From Nibricoccus sp. (GTDB lineage: Bacteria > Verrucomicrobiota > Verrucomicrobiia > Opitutales > Opitutaceae), in NCBI GenBank assembly GCA_047602425.1, contig JASGHG010000001.1, positions 3,552,001 to 3,616,000 of the forward strand: a stretch of DNA of 64,000 nt, read 5' to 3'. The position numbers and the translations under genes are program-made. Of the stretch, positions 32,779 through 42,857 are shown piece after piece (within the stretch, counting starts at the first letter, position 1; the number at the start of each line of letters is the position of its first letter). The notes below the pieces were generated by a model. It was not told the DNA's origin and did not search any database. It was given only the letters and a program-made list of their open reading frames with translations.

Positions 32779-33165
32779 CTAGCCGGCGCGGACGTTGATT
32801 TCGCGAACATGGGCGCAACCTGGAAGCTTTTGGATTTTTTCGACGATGAGTTTGCGATGATGGAAGAGTTCGTTGCGAACGACGGCGTGCGAGGTGAGCA
32901 CGACGAGGGAGCGTTCGCGTTCGATACGGGCTGGGTGCGAATACTGGGCGTTGGCATGGCCGACGAGCTCAGGCCATTTTTCGCGAATGGTCTGCTCGGG
33001 CGAGTCGCGACCGATTTGGTTTTTGACGAGAATCTCCTCGATCAACGGCCCGAGGTCTTTGGTTGGGCGTTTGCGCATGCCGGGAGGATTTTCGTTCGGC
33101 AGGCGACGGAGGGAGGCGATGAGTTCCTCGGCGGTGCGGCTGAATTCTTTGGGATCGTCAGCCAT
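32779..33165 (-). CDS. DUF721 / DciA family protein
   Basis: IREKWPELVG...SHPARI...LVVLTSHAVVRNEL; start MADDPK. Confidence 0.75.
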   Translation of the reverse strand: MADDPKEFSRTAEELIASLRRLPNENPPGMRKRPTKDLGPLIEEILVKNQIGRDSPEQTIREKWPELVGHANAQYSHPARIERERSLVVLTSHAVVRNELFHHRKLIVEKIQKLPGCAHVREINVRAG

Positions 33166-33952
33166 GGGGCGGGGACGGCGGTTTTTGCGCGCGCTCGTGT
33201 TCGTAGAGGCGGCTGTAGCGGACGAACGTGCCGAAGGCGGTGGCGGTGGCAATATACAGTCCCGGGAAGCCGTCGAGAAAGCCGAGCTTGAAAAAGTAAG
33301 CGCGTTTGAAACGCCAGGACGCGCGGAAAATGGCGGCGAGGGCGGAGAAGCGGCCGCCTTTTTCGATCTGTTGCTTCACGAAAAGATCCGCGAAAGGCGT
33401 GATTTTTGCGACGTGGCTGGAAAGCGTCGGGAACGAATAGTGGTGCAGGTCGCCGTGGAGTTTGGCGATAGGGCCTTGAACAGCAATTTTTTCGTGCACG
33501 TGGGCGTCTCCGCCCCAACGGGCCTTGGTGCGATCGAAGAGGCGCAAACTGTAGTCGGGATACCAATCGCCATGACTGATCCATCGGTCGATGAACCAGA
33601 CCTTGCGGGGAAATTTGGCTCCGGCAAATTGGTTGAGGTCGGGGCGGGCGATAAAAGTTTCGATGGAGGTGCGGAGGGCGGCCGAAACTTCTTCGTCGGC
33701 GTCGAGCGAGAGAACCCAGTTGTGCGAAGCGAGATCGAGCGCGGCGTTTTTGGTGTCGCGGTAACCGCGCCAGGGTTGTTCGAAAACCTTTGCACCATGG
33801 TTGCGAGCGATGATGGCGCTATCGTCGGTCGTATCGTTGAGAAGCACCACGATTTCTGCGACCCAGCCCTGCACGCTGGCGAGGCAACGCGGGAGATTGT
33901 GCGCCTCGTTTTTGGCAATGATGACGACGGAAAGCGGAAGGGCGGAAGCCAT
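33158..33952 (-). CDS. Glycosyltransferase family 2 (WaaE/KdtX-like)
   Basis: LSVVIIAKNEA, WVLSLDADE, WYPDYSLRLF, LGFLDG. Confidence 0.9.
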   Translation of the reverse strand: MASALPLSVVIIAKNEAHNLPRCLASVQGWVAEIVVLLNDTTDDSAIIARNHGAKVFEQPWRGYRDTKNAALDLASHNWVLSLDADEEVSAALRTSIETFIARPDLNQFAGAKFPRKVWFIDRWISHGDWYPDYSLRLFDRTKARWGGDAHVHEKIAVQGPIAKLHGDLHHYSFPTLSSHVAKITPFADLFVKQQIEKGGRFSALAAIFRASWRFKRAYFFKLGFLDGFPGLYIATATAFGTFVRYSRLYEHERAQKPPSPPHG

Positions 33953-34083
33953 GAAACTCCTTCTAGCGAAGGCGGCGGTTGGCAGAAAGTCGAGCCAGCT
34001 TGTGTCGAGGCAGGCGTGCGACGTCGGGGCACGGCACGAAATGGATTTGCAGTGCGGGCGGAAAGCAGCGGTTTTGGAGGGGC

Positions 34084-34902
34084 ATGAAAGTTGCGATTGT
34101 CATCCCTGTTTTAAATCAGCTCGCGTACACGCAAGGCTGTTTGAGCAGTTTGGCGGACGACATTGCGGCCGGGGTGAAAGTGATCGTGGTCGACAATGGC
34201 TCGACGGATGGCACGGGCGAATGGTTGAAACAGATTCGTGGAATCACAGTGATCGCGAATGCGGAAAACCGAGGTTGTGCGCCCGCCTGGAATCAAGGGT
34301 GCCGGGAAGGGAAGGAGGCGGACTGGATCGTGGTGCTCAACAACGACGTGCTGCTGCCGACGGGGTGGTTGGGCAAATTGATCGGCGCAGCGGAACGTGC
34401 GGGGCTCGATGTGGTTTCGCCGGCGATGCGCGAGCGGGAGCAGAATTATCCATTTTCTGAATACGCGGCGGAGTACATGGAGCGCATGAAAGGCGTGACA
34501 AGGCTGGGCGTTGCGCACGGAGTGTGTTTTGCGGTGAGCCGAAGAGCTTTTGAAAAGGTTGGAGAGTTCGACGAAGCGTTCCGCATCGGGCAGTTCGAAG
34601 ATAGTGATTTTTTCCGCCGGGTGAAACTGGCCGGGCTGAAGCTGGGCACAGTGGGCGACAGTTTTATCCATCACTTTGGTTCGGTGACTCAGGACGCATT
34701 GCGCAGTTCGAAAAAAACGCGGCCCTACGAGGCGGAAAATCGCGCCTATTTTAGGAAAAAATGGAAAATCGGATGGCTGAGGCGCCGCTGGGAAAAGTTT
34801 GTCTCAAGGCGTCGGTTGGCACGCTGGCGTGATCGTGAACTCGCGGTGCATGGCCGCACGCTCCACGAAAAATGGGAAGACGGTGGATGGAAGGCGTTTT
34901 AG
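34084..34902 (+). CDS. Glycosyltransferase family 2
   Basis: IVIPVLNQ, VVDNGSTDG, LNND, FDEAF...FEDSDF. Confidence 0.9.
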   Translation: MKVAIVIPVLNQLAYTQGCLSSLADDIAAGVKVIVVDNGSTDGTGEWLKQIRGITVIANAENRGCAPAWNQGCREGKEADWIVVLNNDVLLPTGWLGKLIGAAERAGLDVVSPAMREREQNYPFSEYAAEYMERMKGVTRLGVAHGVCFAVSRRAFEKVGEFDEAFRIGQFEDSDFFRRVKLAGLKLGTVGDSFIHHFGSVTQDALRSSKKTRPYEAENRAYFRKKWKIGWLRRRWEKFVSRRRLARWRDRELAVHGRTLHEKWEDGGWKAF

Positions 34903-34965
34903 CCTTCGATGGCCGGCATTTCTTGCAAGATGCGGCGCCGAAGCGGGGTTAAGCAACGCAACAGG

Positions 34966-36015
34966 TTACTTTGCTTTGTTGATGATCTGCTGCCGGACGG
35001 CGTTGAAAACCTGTTCGATGCTCAGGTGACGTACGCAGTGGTTGTGGTAGGAGTCGGAGGGCACGCAGAAATTTGGAGATAGGCACGGGTTGCAGGGCAT
35101 CGGAGCCTGCAAGGTGATGTGTTGTTCGCCGAAGGGCCGCCAGGCAGTGACGCTTTGAGAGCTGAAAAGGGCGACAACGGGAGTTCCGACGGCCGCGGCG
35201 AGATGCATCGGGCCGCTGTCGTGGCAAAGGAGCGTATCGGCAGAGACGAAAAGTGCGGCGAGTTGGGGAATTGTGAGGCGCTGATCGACGGCCGCGGCGG
35301 GCATCGGAAGTCGGGATTGGATGTCGGCGACGACATTTTTTTCGCCAGGACCTGCAACCAGAATGGGAGTGAGACCGTTGGTTTGAAATTGCGCGATGAC
35401 GGCGGCGAAGCGGTCGGCCGGCCAGATACGATGGGGACTTCGGCTGCCGGGATGGATCAGGATTTTAGTTGCACTTGATGGTTGTGTGAAGACGGGCAGC
35501 CGCCGAACAAAGTCGAAGTCCTCTTGGCGTGGGACTAGTTTTGGCGCGGTGGACTCGAACGGCACACCGATTTGTTTCAACGCGTGACCGTAGTAATCGG
35601 TGATGTGATGCGTTTTGAAAAAGTTGTCGGAAGCGATGGCGTGGTGAGTGTAGGCGCCGGGAGCAACAACGGTCCCTCCATGGTGCAGGGCGACGCGAAC
35701 GGGAGCTCGCGAAAGCCGGACCACCCAGGCGCTACGTGGCCGGTTGTCGAGATCGAGAACGTGCGTGAAGCGCGATCGACGTAGTTGGAAAAATGTTTTC
35801 CACCAGCCTGCCAGACTTGAGGGGACAAAGAATACTTTGTCTGCGTCGGGATTGAGGCTAAGAATCGGCGCAAAGGCCGGATCGACCATGACCGTGAGTT
35901 TTGCCTCAGGCCAGTGGTTGCGCAGACTTTTGAGGACCGGGCCGAGCAGCACAATATCGCCGAGATAGCGGCGGCGTATGATCAGGATACTCGGAACATT
36001 GGAGGGCGCAGGCAT
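34966..36015 (-). CDS. Glycosyltransferase family 9 (heptosyltransferase-like)
   Basis: RYLGDIVL, IHPGS...W, DSGPMHLAAAVGTP. Confidence 0.92.
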   Translation of the reverse strand: MPAPSNVPSILIIRRRYLGDIVLLGPVLKSLRNHWPEAKLTVMVDPAFAPILSLNPDADKVFFVPSSLAGWWKTFFQLRRSRFTHVLDLDNRPRSAWVVRLSRAPVRVALHHGGTVVAPGAYTHHAIASDNFFKTHHITDYYGHALKQIGVPFESTAPKLVPRQEDFDFVRRLPVFTQPSSATKILIHPGSRSPHRIWPADRFAAVIAQFQTNGLTPILVAGPGEKNVVADIQSRLPMPAAAVDQRLTIPQLAALFVSADTLLCHDSGPMHLAAAVGTPVVALFSSQSVTAWRPFGEQHITLQAPMPCNPCLSPNFCVPSDSYHNHCVRHLSIEQVFNAVRQQIINKAK

Positions 36016-36045
36016 TCGGACCTAATAGAAATGACTTGCTAGTGG

Positions 36046-37077
36046 TCAGTGTCGAGCGGAACGCAATCCTTGCACAAACGCCATGTGTTCGGTGAATCCT
36101 TCGCGCATTTTTCGTCGCAAGATTCTCTTTCTCGTCGAGCGGCTCATATTTTCGAAAGGACGTCGGATGCGGTAATCGAGCCAGGCAAACAGACGCGGAA
36201 GTGACGGCAGCTGTGCGCGAAGCCATTCCACTTCCGCCGTGAGTGCCGGCTGAAGGGAATCTTTTTTCAAAAGGTGAATAAGGGCGCGAAAAAGAATTCT
36301 CTGCTGTTTGAACGTGCTGAGCGGTCGAGGCTGGCGCTTCGCGAGGAGTGGAAGGTATTCGCGAAGAATGGAGACCATTTCCAAATCGCCGGTCTGCGTG
36401 GAGCGGTTGATGGCGGTCTGTTGAACGCCATGTTGGCGGAAACAGCAGAGCGGTTCGTTGGTATAGACGACATCGCCTTTGAGAAGCAGGTGAAACCACA
36501 TTTCCAAGTCGACGATTTGCTTTAAATTGGGCGTGAAGCCGCGAAGGCCTTGTTCGCGCCGGAACATCACCACGGACGGTTCGCCGATAAGGTTGCAATT
36601 TTCAAGAAGGCAGCTGGCGACGAGTGCATGACTTTGGTGTAGTCTGCTGGTTCGCAATTCATCCCAAATCCCGGTAAAACCGGAATGTTCATCAATGGTG
36701 AAGCGTGCGGAGACGGCGAGCGAGGCGGCGGGATTTTGGTCCAGTAGTTTGACGAAGCGGCTCAGGGCGGAGGGATGGGCGAGACAATCGTCACCGAAGA
36801 GGTAGCGGACGTATTCACCACAAGCTTGCTGGAGGCACCAGTTCCAATTGGCCACCATGCCTAGGTTCGGTTGATGAACATGAACGCGGATACGCGGGTC
36901 GCGGGCGGCGTAATCTCGGAGGATGCGCGCAGAGTCATCGGTCGAGCAATCGTCGCTGACGATCAATTCAAAATCGGTAAAGTCCTGCCGAAGCACCGAC
37001 TCGATCGCCTCGGGCAGGTAGCGGGCGTAATTATAGGTAGGGATGAGGACGCTGACTTTGGGGCTGACGTTGGTCAT
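36046..37077 (-). CDS. Glycosyltransferase family 2
   Basis: PKVSVLIPTYN, SDDCSTD, GMVANWN, IGEPSVVMFR. Confidence 0.9.
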   Translation of the reverse strand: MTNVSPKVSVLIPTYNYARYLPEAIESVLRQDFTDFELIVSDDCSTDDSARILRDYAARDPRIRVHVHQPNLGMVANWNWCLQQACGEYVRYLFGDDCLAHPSALSRFVKLLDQNPAASLAVSARFTIDEHSGFTGIWDELRTSRLHQSHALVASCLLENCNLIGEPSVVMFRREQGLRGFTPNLKQIVDLEMWFHLLLKGDVVYTNEPLCCFRQHGVQQTAINRSTQTGDLEMVSILREYLPLLAKRQPRPLSTFKQQRILFRALIHLLKKDSLQPALTAEVEWLRAQLPSLPRLFAWLDYRIRRPFENMSRSTRKRILRRKMREGFTEHMAFVQGLRSARH

Positions 37078-38753
37078 CCGTGTGAATTCCCATTCAATGC
37101 TGGATCCCTGCGGACGTATTTACGCCATGCTCGGCAGGCGTTTTCAAAAGGACGGAAAAAAGAACGACTAAATCGAAAGAACCAAAGCCAATTGCCCAGC
37201 AAGCTCCTGACATAAGGGGTGAGAAGCCGTGCGGACTCCGGGATGTCTTTACCGCGTTCCAAAGAGTGCAGAACCCTCGCAAGAAGTCTTTTTTCGCGAA
37301 AGGTCAGGTGACTGGAGGAGTGAAGAAATGTCTTGGTGTACTCTTCCGCCAGGCGCACGTGTTCATGGTAGCCGATTTGAGCCCTGCTGTTAGTTGCGGT
37401 CTGTTGCCGATCATGGCGGCGGAAATGGCACAGGGCTTTGTCGGTGTAGACCAAGTCGCCACTTTTCAGCAGATGCAACCACATCTCCAGATCGACAATT
37501 TGCCTGTAAGTAGGGTCGAAACGGCGGCCGACGGTCGCTGACTTGCGAAACATGACGGCGGTGGGTTCGCCGATGGCGTTTTGAATGGTAAAGAGGCAAT
37601 GGCGCGCGATGGTGGGACCTTTGTTGAGGCCGTTTTGTTTGATTGCGCTCCAAAAATCGACCTCCTCGTCATTCGAATCGATGATCTGTCGCGCTGAAGT
37701 CGAAATGACGGCGCGGGGATTCGAATCCAACATGGTGGCCAGCGTGCTGAGCGCGTTGGAGCAGGCCAAGCGATCGTCACCAAAAATGAATTTAATGTAT
37801 TCTCCACGCGCTTGTTCGAGGCACCAGTTCCAGTTGGCAACCATGCCTTGGTTCACTTCGTGGATTTTAAAACGAATGCGTTGGTCGCGCGCGGCGTAGG
37901 AACGGATAATCTCGGCGGAGAAATCGTCGGAAGCGTCATCGCTGATAATGAGCTCGAAGTCCGGCAGATCCTGGGAGAGCACGGATTCGATCGCCGCGGG
38001 CAGATACTCCCCGTAGTTGTAGGTGGGCAACAGCACGCTGACCTTGGGAAGGGCGCCGGGCTTCAGCCAGGGCGCGCGTTTGAGTTCCCAAACGAGGTGG
38101 TAGACGTCGGCATGTTCGCGCTTTGCCATCGCCTTTGCCACTTCAGGCGGAAGTTCGGCGAGGGAGTGGTTAAACTCCGTGTTTTCCACCATGTTGCGCA
38201 CGTAGTGGGCGACATGGGCATGCAGGCCGTTTTGGTGCACGATCTTGGTTAAGTTAACTTTGCTGAAGAAGTGGAGATGTGTCTCGTCGAGAAGTCCAAT
38301 GCTCCGGTATTCGAAGCGATTTTTCCAAAGCTCGATCAGGATGGAATTGTGACAAAGGTTTGGGACCGACACGACAATGGAACCATCTTCCGTCATCAGC
38401 TTGGTGGCCTTGCCGAGTACTTCCGAGGGCTTGTGCAGATGTTCGAGCACATCCGCAAAAATGATGTAATCGAATTTTATCCCTTTGAGTTGTTTTGCCC
38501 AGTAGCCGCTTTCGATATTGCCCTCGATTTCGCCAATCAACGCGCGTTCAGAATACTTGGCCGCCTCGGAGCCGCTTTCCGAATCCAATTCGACGATGGT
38601 GACCTTGCATTCGAGTTTCTCCTTAAGGTATTTCGTCATTCGCCCATGCGCAGGTCCGAACTCGAGCACTGTGCTGCCGGGTTTAATGCATTTCAGGATG
38701 AGGGAGTTCGAATTCGGGGTATCGAGATCGAGTGTGAAATCGTATTTTCGCAT
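37074..38753 (-). CDS. SAM-dependent methyltransferase + GT2 fusion
   Basis: VLEFGPAHG, FDYIIFADVLEHL, GLLDETHLHFF, followed by a GT2 domain; start MRKYDF. Confidence 0.88.
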   Translation of the reverse strand: MRKYDFTLDLDTPNSNSLILKCIKPGSTVLEFGPAHGRMTKYLKEKLECKVTIVELDSESGSEAAKYSERALIGEIEGNIESGYWAKQLKGIKFDYIIFADVLEHLHKPSEVLGKATKLMTEDGSIVVSVPNLCHNSILIELWKNRFEYRSIGLLDETHLHFFSKVNLTKIVHQNGLHAHVAHYVRNMVENTEFNHSLAELPPEVAKAMAKREHADVYHLVWELKRAPWLKPGALPKVSVLLPTYNYGEYLPAAIESVLSQDLPDFELIISDDASDDFSAEIIRSYAARDQRIRFKIHEVNQGMVANWNWCLEQARGEYIKFIFGDDRLACSNALSTLATMLDSNPRAVISTSARQIIDSNDEEVDFWSAIKQNGLNKGPTIARHCLFTIQNAIGEPTAVMFRKSATVGRRFDPTYRQIVDLEMWLHLLKSGDLVYTDKALCHFRRHDRQQTATNSRAQIGYHEHVRLAEEYTKTFLHSSSHLTFREKRLLARVLHSLERGKDIPESARLLTPYVRSLLGNWLWFFRFSRSFFRPFENACRAWRKYVRRDPALNGNSHG

Positions 38754-38912
38754 GGGCTTTGTCCCAGAGTAACGGGTTTGGCTGGTTTTCTTTGTGGCGT
38801 TACGCAGGGTTATCTTTGTCGATTGCAGTCGTGCGACACCAAGCACGACCACGAGTTCAACGAACCTTTCATCCGGGCGATGGTAATAGGGACGATGTGG
38901 ACCATGTCTGGA

Positions 38913-39890
38913 TCAAGAAAGTTTATCGAGTTCGGAGACGACGATGCATTCGATCATTTGTTCGAAAGGGAGGGTGCTTTCCCAGCCGAGCAGGCGGCGT
39001 GCTTTGGATGGGTTGCCGTAGGAGGCGATTGGTTCGACGGCCATGACGAGGTTGGCATCGAACTTAACGTAGTCGCGCCAATTGAGGCCGACGACGTCGA
39101 AGGCGGTAGCTACGAGTTGTTCAACGCTGTGAAGTTTTCCGGTGGCGAGCACGTAGTCGTCGACGGTGTCGGATTTGAGCATGAGCCACATGCCACGAAC
39201 ATAGTCGGGGGCCCAACCCCAGTCGCGCTGGCCGGAAAGGCTGCCGAGATGGAGTTCGGTTTGCAGGCCTTTTTTGATGCGGGCGACGGCCTTGCAGACT
39301 TTCATGCTGACGAAGTTGCTGCTGCGGCGGGGCGATTCGTGGTTGTAGAGAATGGCGGAGCAGGTCGGAAGTTTGTAAGCGATGCGATAGACGCGGCCCA
39401 TTTGTTGGGAAAGGGCTTTGGCAGCGCCGTAGGGCGTGGTGGGATTCAGCGGGGTGAGTTCGTCCTGTGGCGAGTAGGGTGGCGAACCAAAGACTTCGCT
39501 GCTGGAGGCGTAGAGAAATTTTGGCGGTGTCGGCAGGTCGCGGAGAATTTCGAGCAGGCGGATCGTGGCCATGCCGACGCTATCGACGGTGGTTTCCGGG
39601 AGTTCGAGGCTGATGCGCGGGCTGGATTGTCCGGCGAGGTGATAAAATTCGTCGGGCTGAGCCTTGCTGATGACGCGGCGAAGATGCGTGGCGTCTTCGA
39701 AAGCGCCGTTATGAAGAAAAAGGCGCTTGTTGAGGAGCTTGGAGTCTTGAACGAGATGGCCAATGTGGCTGGCGTTCAGCGCATCGGGGCGGTGAACGAG
39801 GCCGTGAACGTCATAACCTTCGTTTAGGAGCAACTCCGTAAGGTAGGAGCCATCCTGGCCGGTGATGCCGGTGATGAAGGCGCGTTTCAT
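38913..39890 (-). CDS. gmd: GDP-mannose 4,6-dehydratase
   Basis: AFITGITGQDGSYL, ASSSEVFG, YGAAK, NHESPRR, RDWG. Confidence 0.9.
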   Translation of the reverse strand: MKRAFITGITGQDGSYLTELLLNEGYDVHGLVHRPDALNASHIGHLVQDSKLLNKRLFLHNGAFEDATHLRRVISKAQPDEFYHLAGQSSPRISLELPETTVDSVGMATIRLLEILRDLPTPPKFLYASSSEVFGSPPYSPQDELTPLNPTTPYGAAKALSQQMGRVYRIAYKLPTCSAILYNHESPRRSSNFVSMKVCKAVARIKKGLQTELHLGSLSGQRDWGWAPDYVRGMWLMLKSDTVDDYVLATGKLHSVEQLVATAFDVVGLNWRDYVKFDANLVMAVEPIASYGNPSKARRLLGWESTLPFEQMIECIVVSELDKLS

Positions 39891-39931
39891 TTAGCGAGAA
39901 GTGTTTTTGGGCTCCAGTTTGTGAACTCTGT

Positions 39932-41840
39932 TCAAGCCGGAAGAGATTGTTTGTCGTAAAGAGAGCGATACATCGGCGACGATTCGTAGACGCTCCTGTG
40001 CGGACCGCTGGCGACGAGATTGCCTTCTTCGAAAACGAGGATCATCGAGGCGTCGCGGATGGTGCTGAAACGGTGTGCGATTATGAGGGTGGTTTTCCCC
40101 ACCATGAGTTTCTTTAGCGCGGCATGGACGGCGGCTTCGCTGTCGGAGTCGAGTGCGGAAGTAGCTTCGTCGAGAATCAGGATGGGCGCGTTACGGAGAA
40201 AAGCGCGGGCGATGGCGATGCGTTGGCGCTGGACCGCCGGAGAGGCGCCCGCCGCGTTCGCCGACGACTGTATCGTAGCCAAGTCCGCCTTCGAGATTCA
40301 GAATGAAATCGTGAGCAAAGGCGTCGCGCGCAGCCTGTTCGACTTCAGCACGGGTGGCTTCGGGGCGGCCAAGAAGAATGTTTTCGTAAATTGTCTCGTT
40401 AAAAAGTACGGGGTCCTGCGAGACGATGGCGATGTTACGGCGCAGGTCAGCAAGGCGCAAATGTCTCAGGTCATGGCCGTCGACTTTGATCGAGCCTTGG
40501 GTGACCTCATAGAACCGGGGGACTAGGTTGACGAAGGTGGTTTTACCAGCCCCGCTGGGGCCGACGAGTGCGCAGACTGTACCGGCCGGGATTTTAATGC
40601 TCACGTCGCGCAAGACCAATTCATTGGTCTTGTACGCAAATTCAACGTTCTCAAAAGAGATTTCGCCCTGGCAGCGGCCGAGTTCAACCGGTATCGCTGG
40701 GTCGGTGATGGAGATGGGTTCATCCAGCACTTCCTCAAGCCGTGTGAGTGAGGCTTCACCGCGCTTTAGCTCGTTGCTGATTGCACCTAGTTTTTTAATC
40801 GGTTCGTAGCTTAAGAACAAAGCGGTCAGAATTCCTAGAAAGCTTCCACTATGTACGTTGTATCGGTACGCGTAGACAAAGGTTAGGGCGATGCCGCAGG
40901 TGGCGAGAATTTCGATGGATGGGGCGAGGATTTGGGCGTATTTAACCACTTTCATCTGGGCGCGTACGATCACTGCGCCGAGCTTGGCGAAGCGGTCGAC
41001 CTCGTGATCTTCCAAGCTGAACGCCCGCACCTCCTTGGCTGCAGCCAAATTTTCCGTGAAGCGACTGGTTATGTTACCTGCTTGTGCCTGCAGATGGATG
41101 GCACGGGTGAGCAGTTTTTTGCCCACGTAGCGGATCGGAAATACCGCGAGCGGCACGGTGAGCAGGCAAACGAGAACAAGCAGCAACCCCTGCTCTTGAT
41201 AGGCGATCAGTGCGACGCCTGTGAGCGTGCTGATCAGTGTGGCGGGTTGTTTGATCAGATCGTTTGAGACGATGGTGAGTGTTGTCTGCAACTGATTGGT
41301 GTCGCCGAGGTCGCGAGCGATCATTTCGCCGCTAGAGAGTTTTTGGAAGAATCCGAGGGGCAACTGTTGCATCTTTCGGAAATAATCGAGCCGGATTTGC
41401 TCCAATATCCGGATGCCGGCATGCTGGATAAGATATGTGTTGAGGTAGCCCGATACGCCGCGAATCGCGAATATAATAGGCAACCACATCGCAATTATGC
41501 AGACCTGCCAGGTCGTGAGTCGGGGACGCTGAGCGGCGGGGACGGGTGGCGGTGTGCTGGTTGGGGCAGGTTGGGGTTTTACCGGCTCGATTCCGAACAT
41601 GCGGTCGAAATAGCCGTCCAGATCGATCCATTTTTGGAAGGAATTTTTTTCCTTTGCATTGGTTTGGCTCGTGGGCGCTTCCATCGGATCAGCGGAGAGC
41701 ACGCGTGGAAAGACGTACTTCATCATCAGCGGCGCGCCCAAGCCACCGACCGCGCCGTAAAGAATTCCGCAAAAGACGCCGCCTGCGATGGCGAATCGGA
41801 CTTTGCGAAGATATTTAAAATACGGGAAGAAGCGGCGCAT
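39932..41840 (-). CDS. MsbA-like ABC transporter (TMD+NBD), +1 frameshift in the LSGGQ motif near 40233 (likely sequencing error)
   Basis: [30 protein letters not shown] then [20 protein letters not shown] in the next frame; deleting 1 nt restores 635 aa. Confidence 0.85.
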
Positions 41841-41885
41841 GAAGGAAAGTGAAGAAATAGTGTGGCGCGAGCGGAAGGGGCGACA

Positions 41886-42854
41886 TCAATCTTTTGAGCT
41901 GCGGACGTCGAGGGCGTCACGCAAACCGTCGCCAAGGAAGTTCAGCGAAAAGAGCGTCAGGGAAAAAATCGCGCCGGGGAAAACCAGTAGCCACCAGTAT
42001 TCCTCCATTTTGTCGGAACCGTCCTTGATCAATTTACCCCAGGAACTCATGGGGTCGTCGACGCCGAGGCCGAGAAAGCTCAGAAAGGCCTCAAGTAACA
42101 TGACGGCGGGAATGGTTAGCGTGGTATAAACAATGACGGGACCGAGAATATTGGGCACCATGTGGCGGAAAATAATCCGGGTGCGGCTGTAACCGAGCGA
42201 GCGGGCGGCCTCGATGAATTCCATTTTCTTCACCGACATAATCTGGGCGCGGACGATGCGCGACATCGTCAACCATTCCACAGCGCCAATTGTGGCGAAG
42301 AGCAGCATGATTTTGCCAACGCCTTGGGCTTGTTTCATGCCGTGCTGACCGAGCCAGGTGTCGAAGGACTGCATCGGATCCTTGAGGAAAACCATCAGAA
42401 GGATAACAAAGATCGTGAAGGGCAGTGCGTACAAAATATCCACGATGCGCATCATGACCATGTCGGTCTTGCCGCCGAAAAATCCCGCAATTGCGCCGTA
42501 GGACACGCCGATCACCAGCGCGACAAAGGAAGCCACCAGTCCGACCATGATTGAAATGCGTCCGCCGTAGAGGACGCGGGCGAGCAGATCGCGTCCCAAT
42601 TGATCCGTGCCGAACCAGTGGGCTGCGCCAGGTGGGGCGTAAGTGTTGTCGAGATTGTTTTCGAAATAGGATTGCGCGAAAAACGGTGCCAGCGCGCAGG
42701 AGAGACCGAGCACGATGAGCAGAGAGCCGCCGAGGAGCGCGAGTTTGTTTTTGCGCAGTCGATGCCAGGCGTCCTGCCAGAGGGAATGGCCATGTTCCAA
42801 CTGCTCGGCCGAGAGCACCGCACTGGGAAGGTTTTTGGGCGAAAGGGCGGGCAT
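41886..42854 (-). CDS. oppC: Oligopeptide ABC permease OppC
   Basis: SLWQDAWHRLRKNKLA, HWFGTDQLGRD, EFIEAARSLG, NFLGDGLRDALD. Confidence 0.9.
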   Translation of the reverse strand: MPALSPKNLPSAVLSAEQLEHGHSLWQDAWHRLRKNKLALLGGSLLIVLGLSCALAPFFAQSYFENNLDNTYAPPGAAHWFGTDQLGRDLLARVLYGGRISIMVGLVASFVALVIGVSYGAIAGFFGGKTDMVMMRIVDILYALPFTIFVILLMVFLKDPMQSFDTWLGQHGMKQAQGVGKIMLLFATIGAVEWLTMSRIVRAQIMSVKKMEFIEAARSLGYSRTRIIFRHMVPNILGPVIVYTTLTIPAVMLLEAFLSFLGLGVDDPMSSWGKLIKDGSDKMEEYWWLLVFPGAIFSLTLFSLNFLGDGLRDALDVRSSKD

Positions 42855-42857
42855 GGC

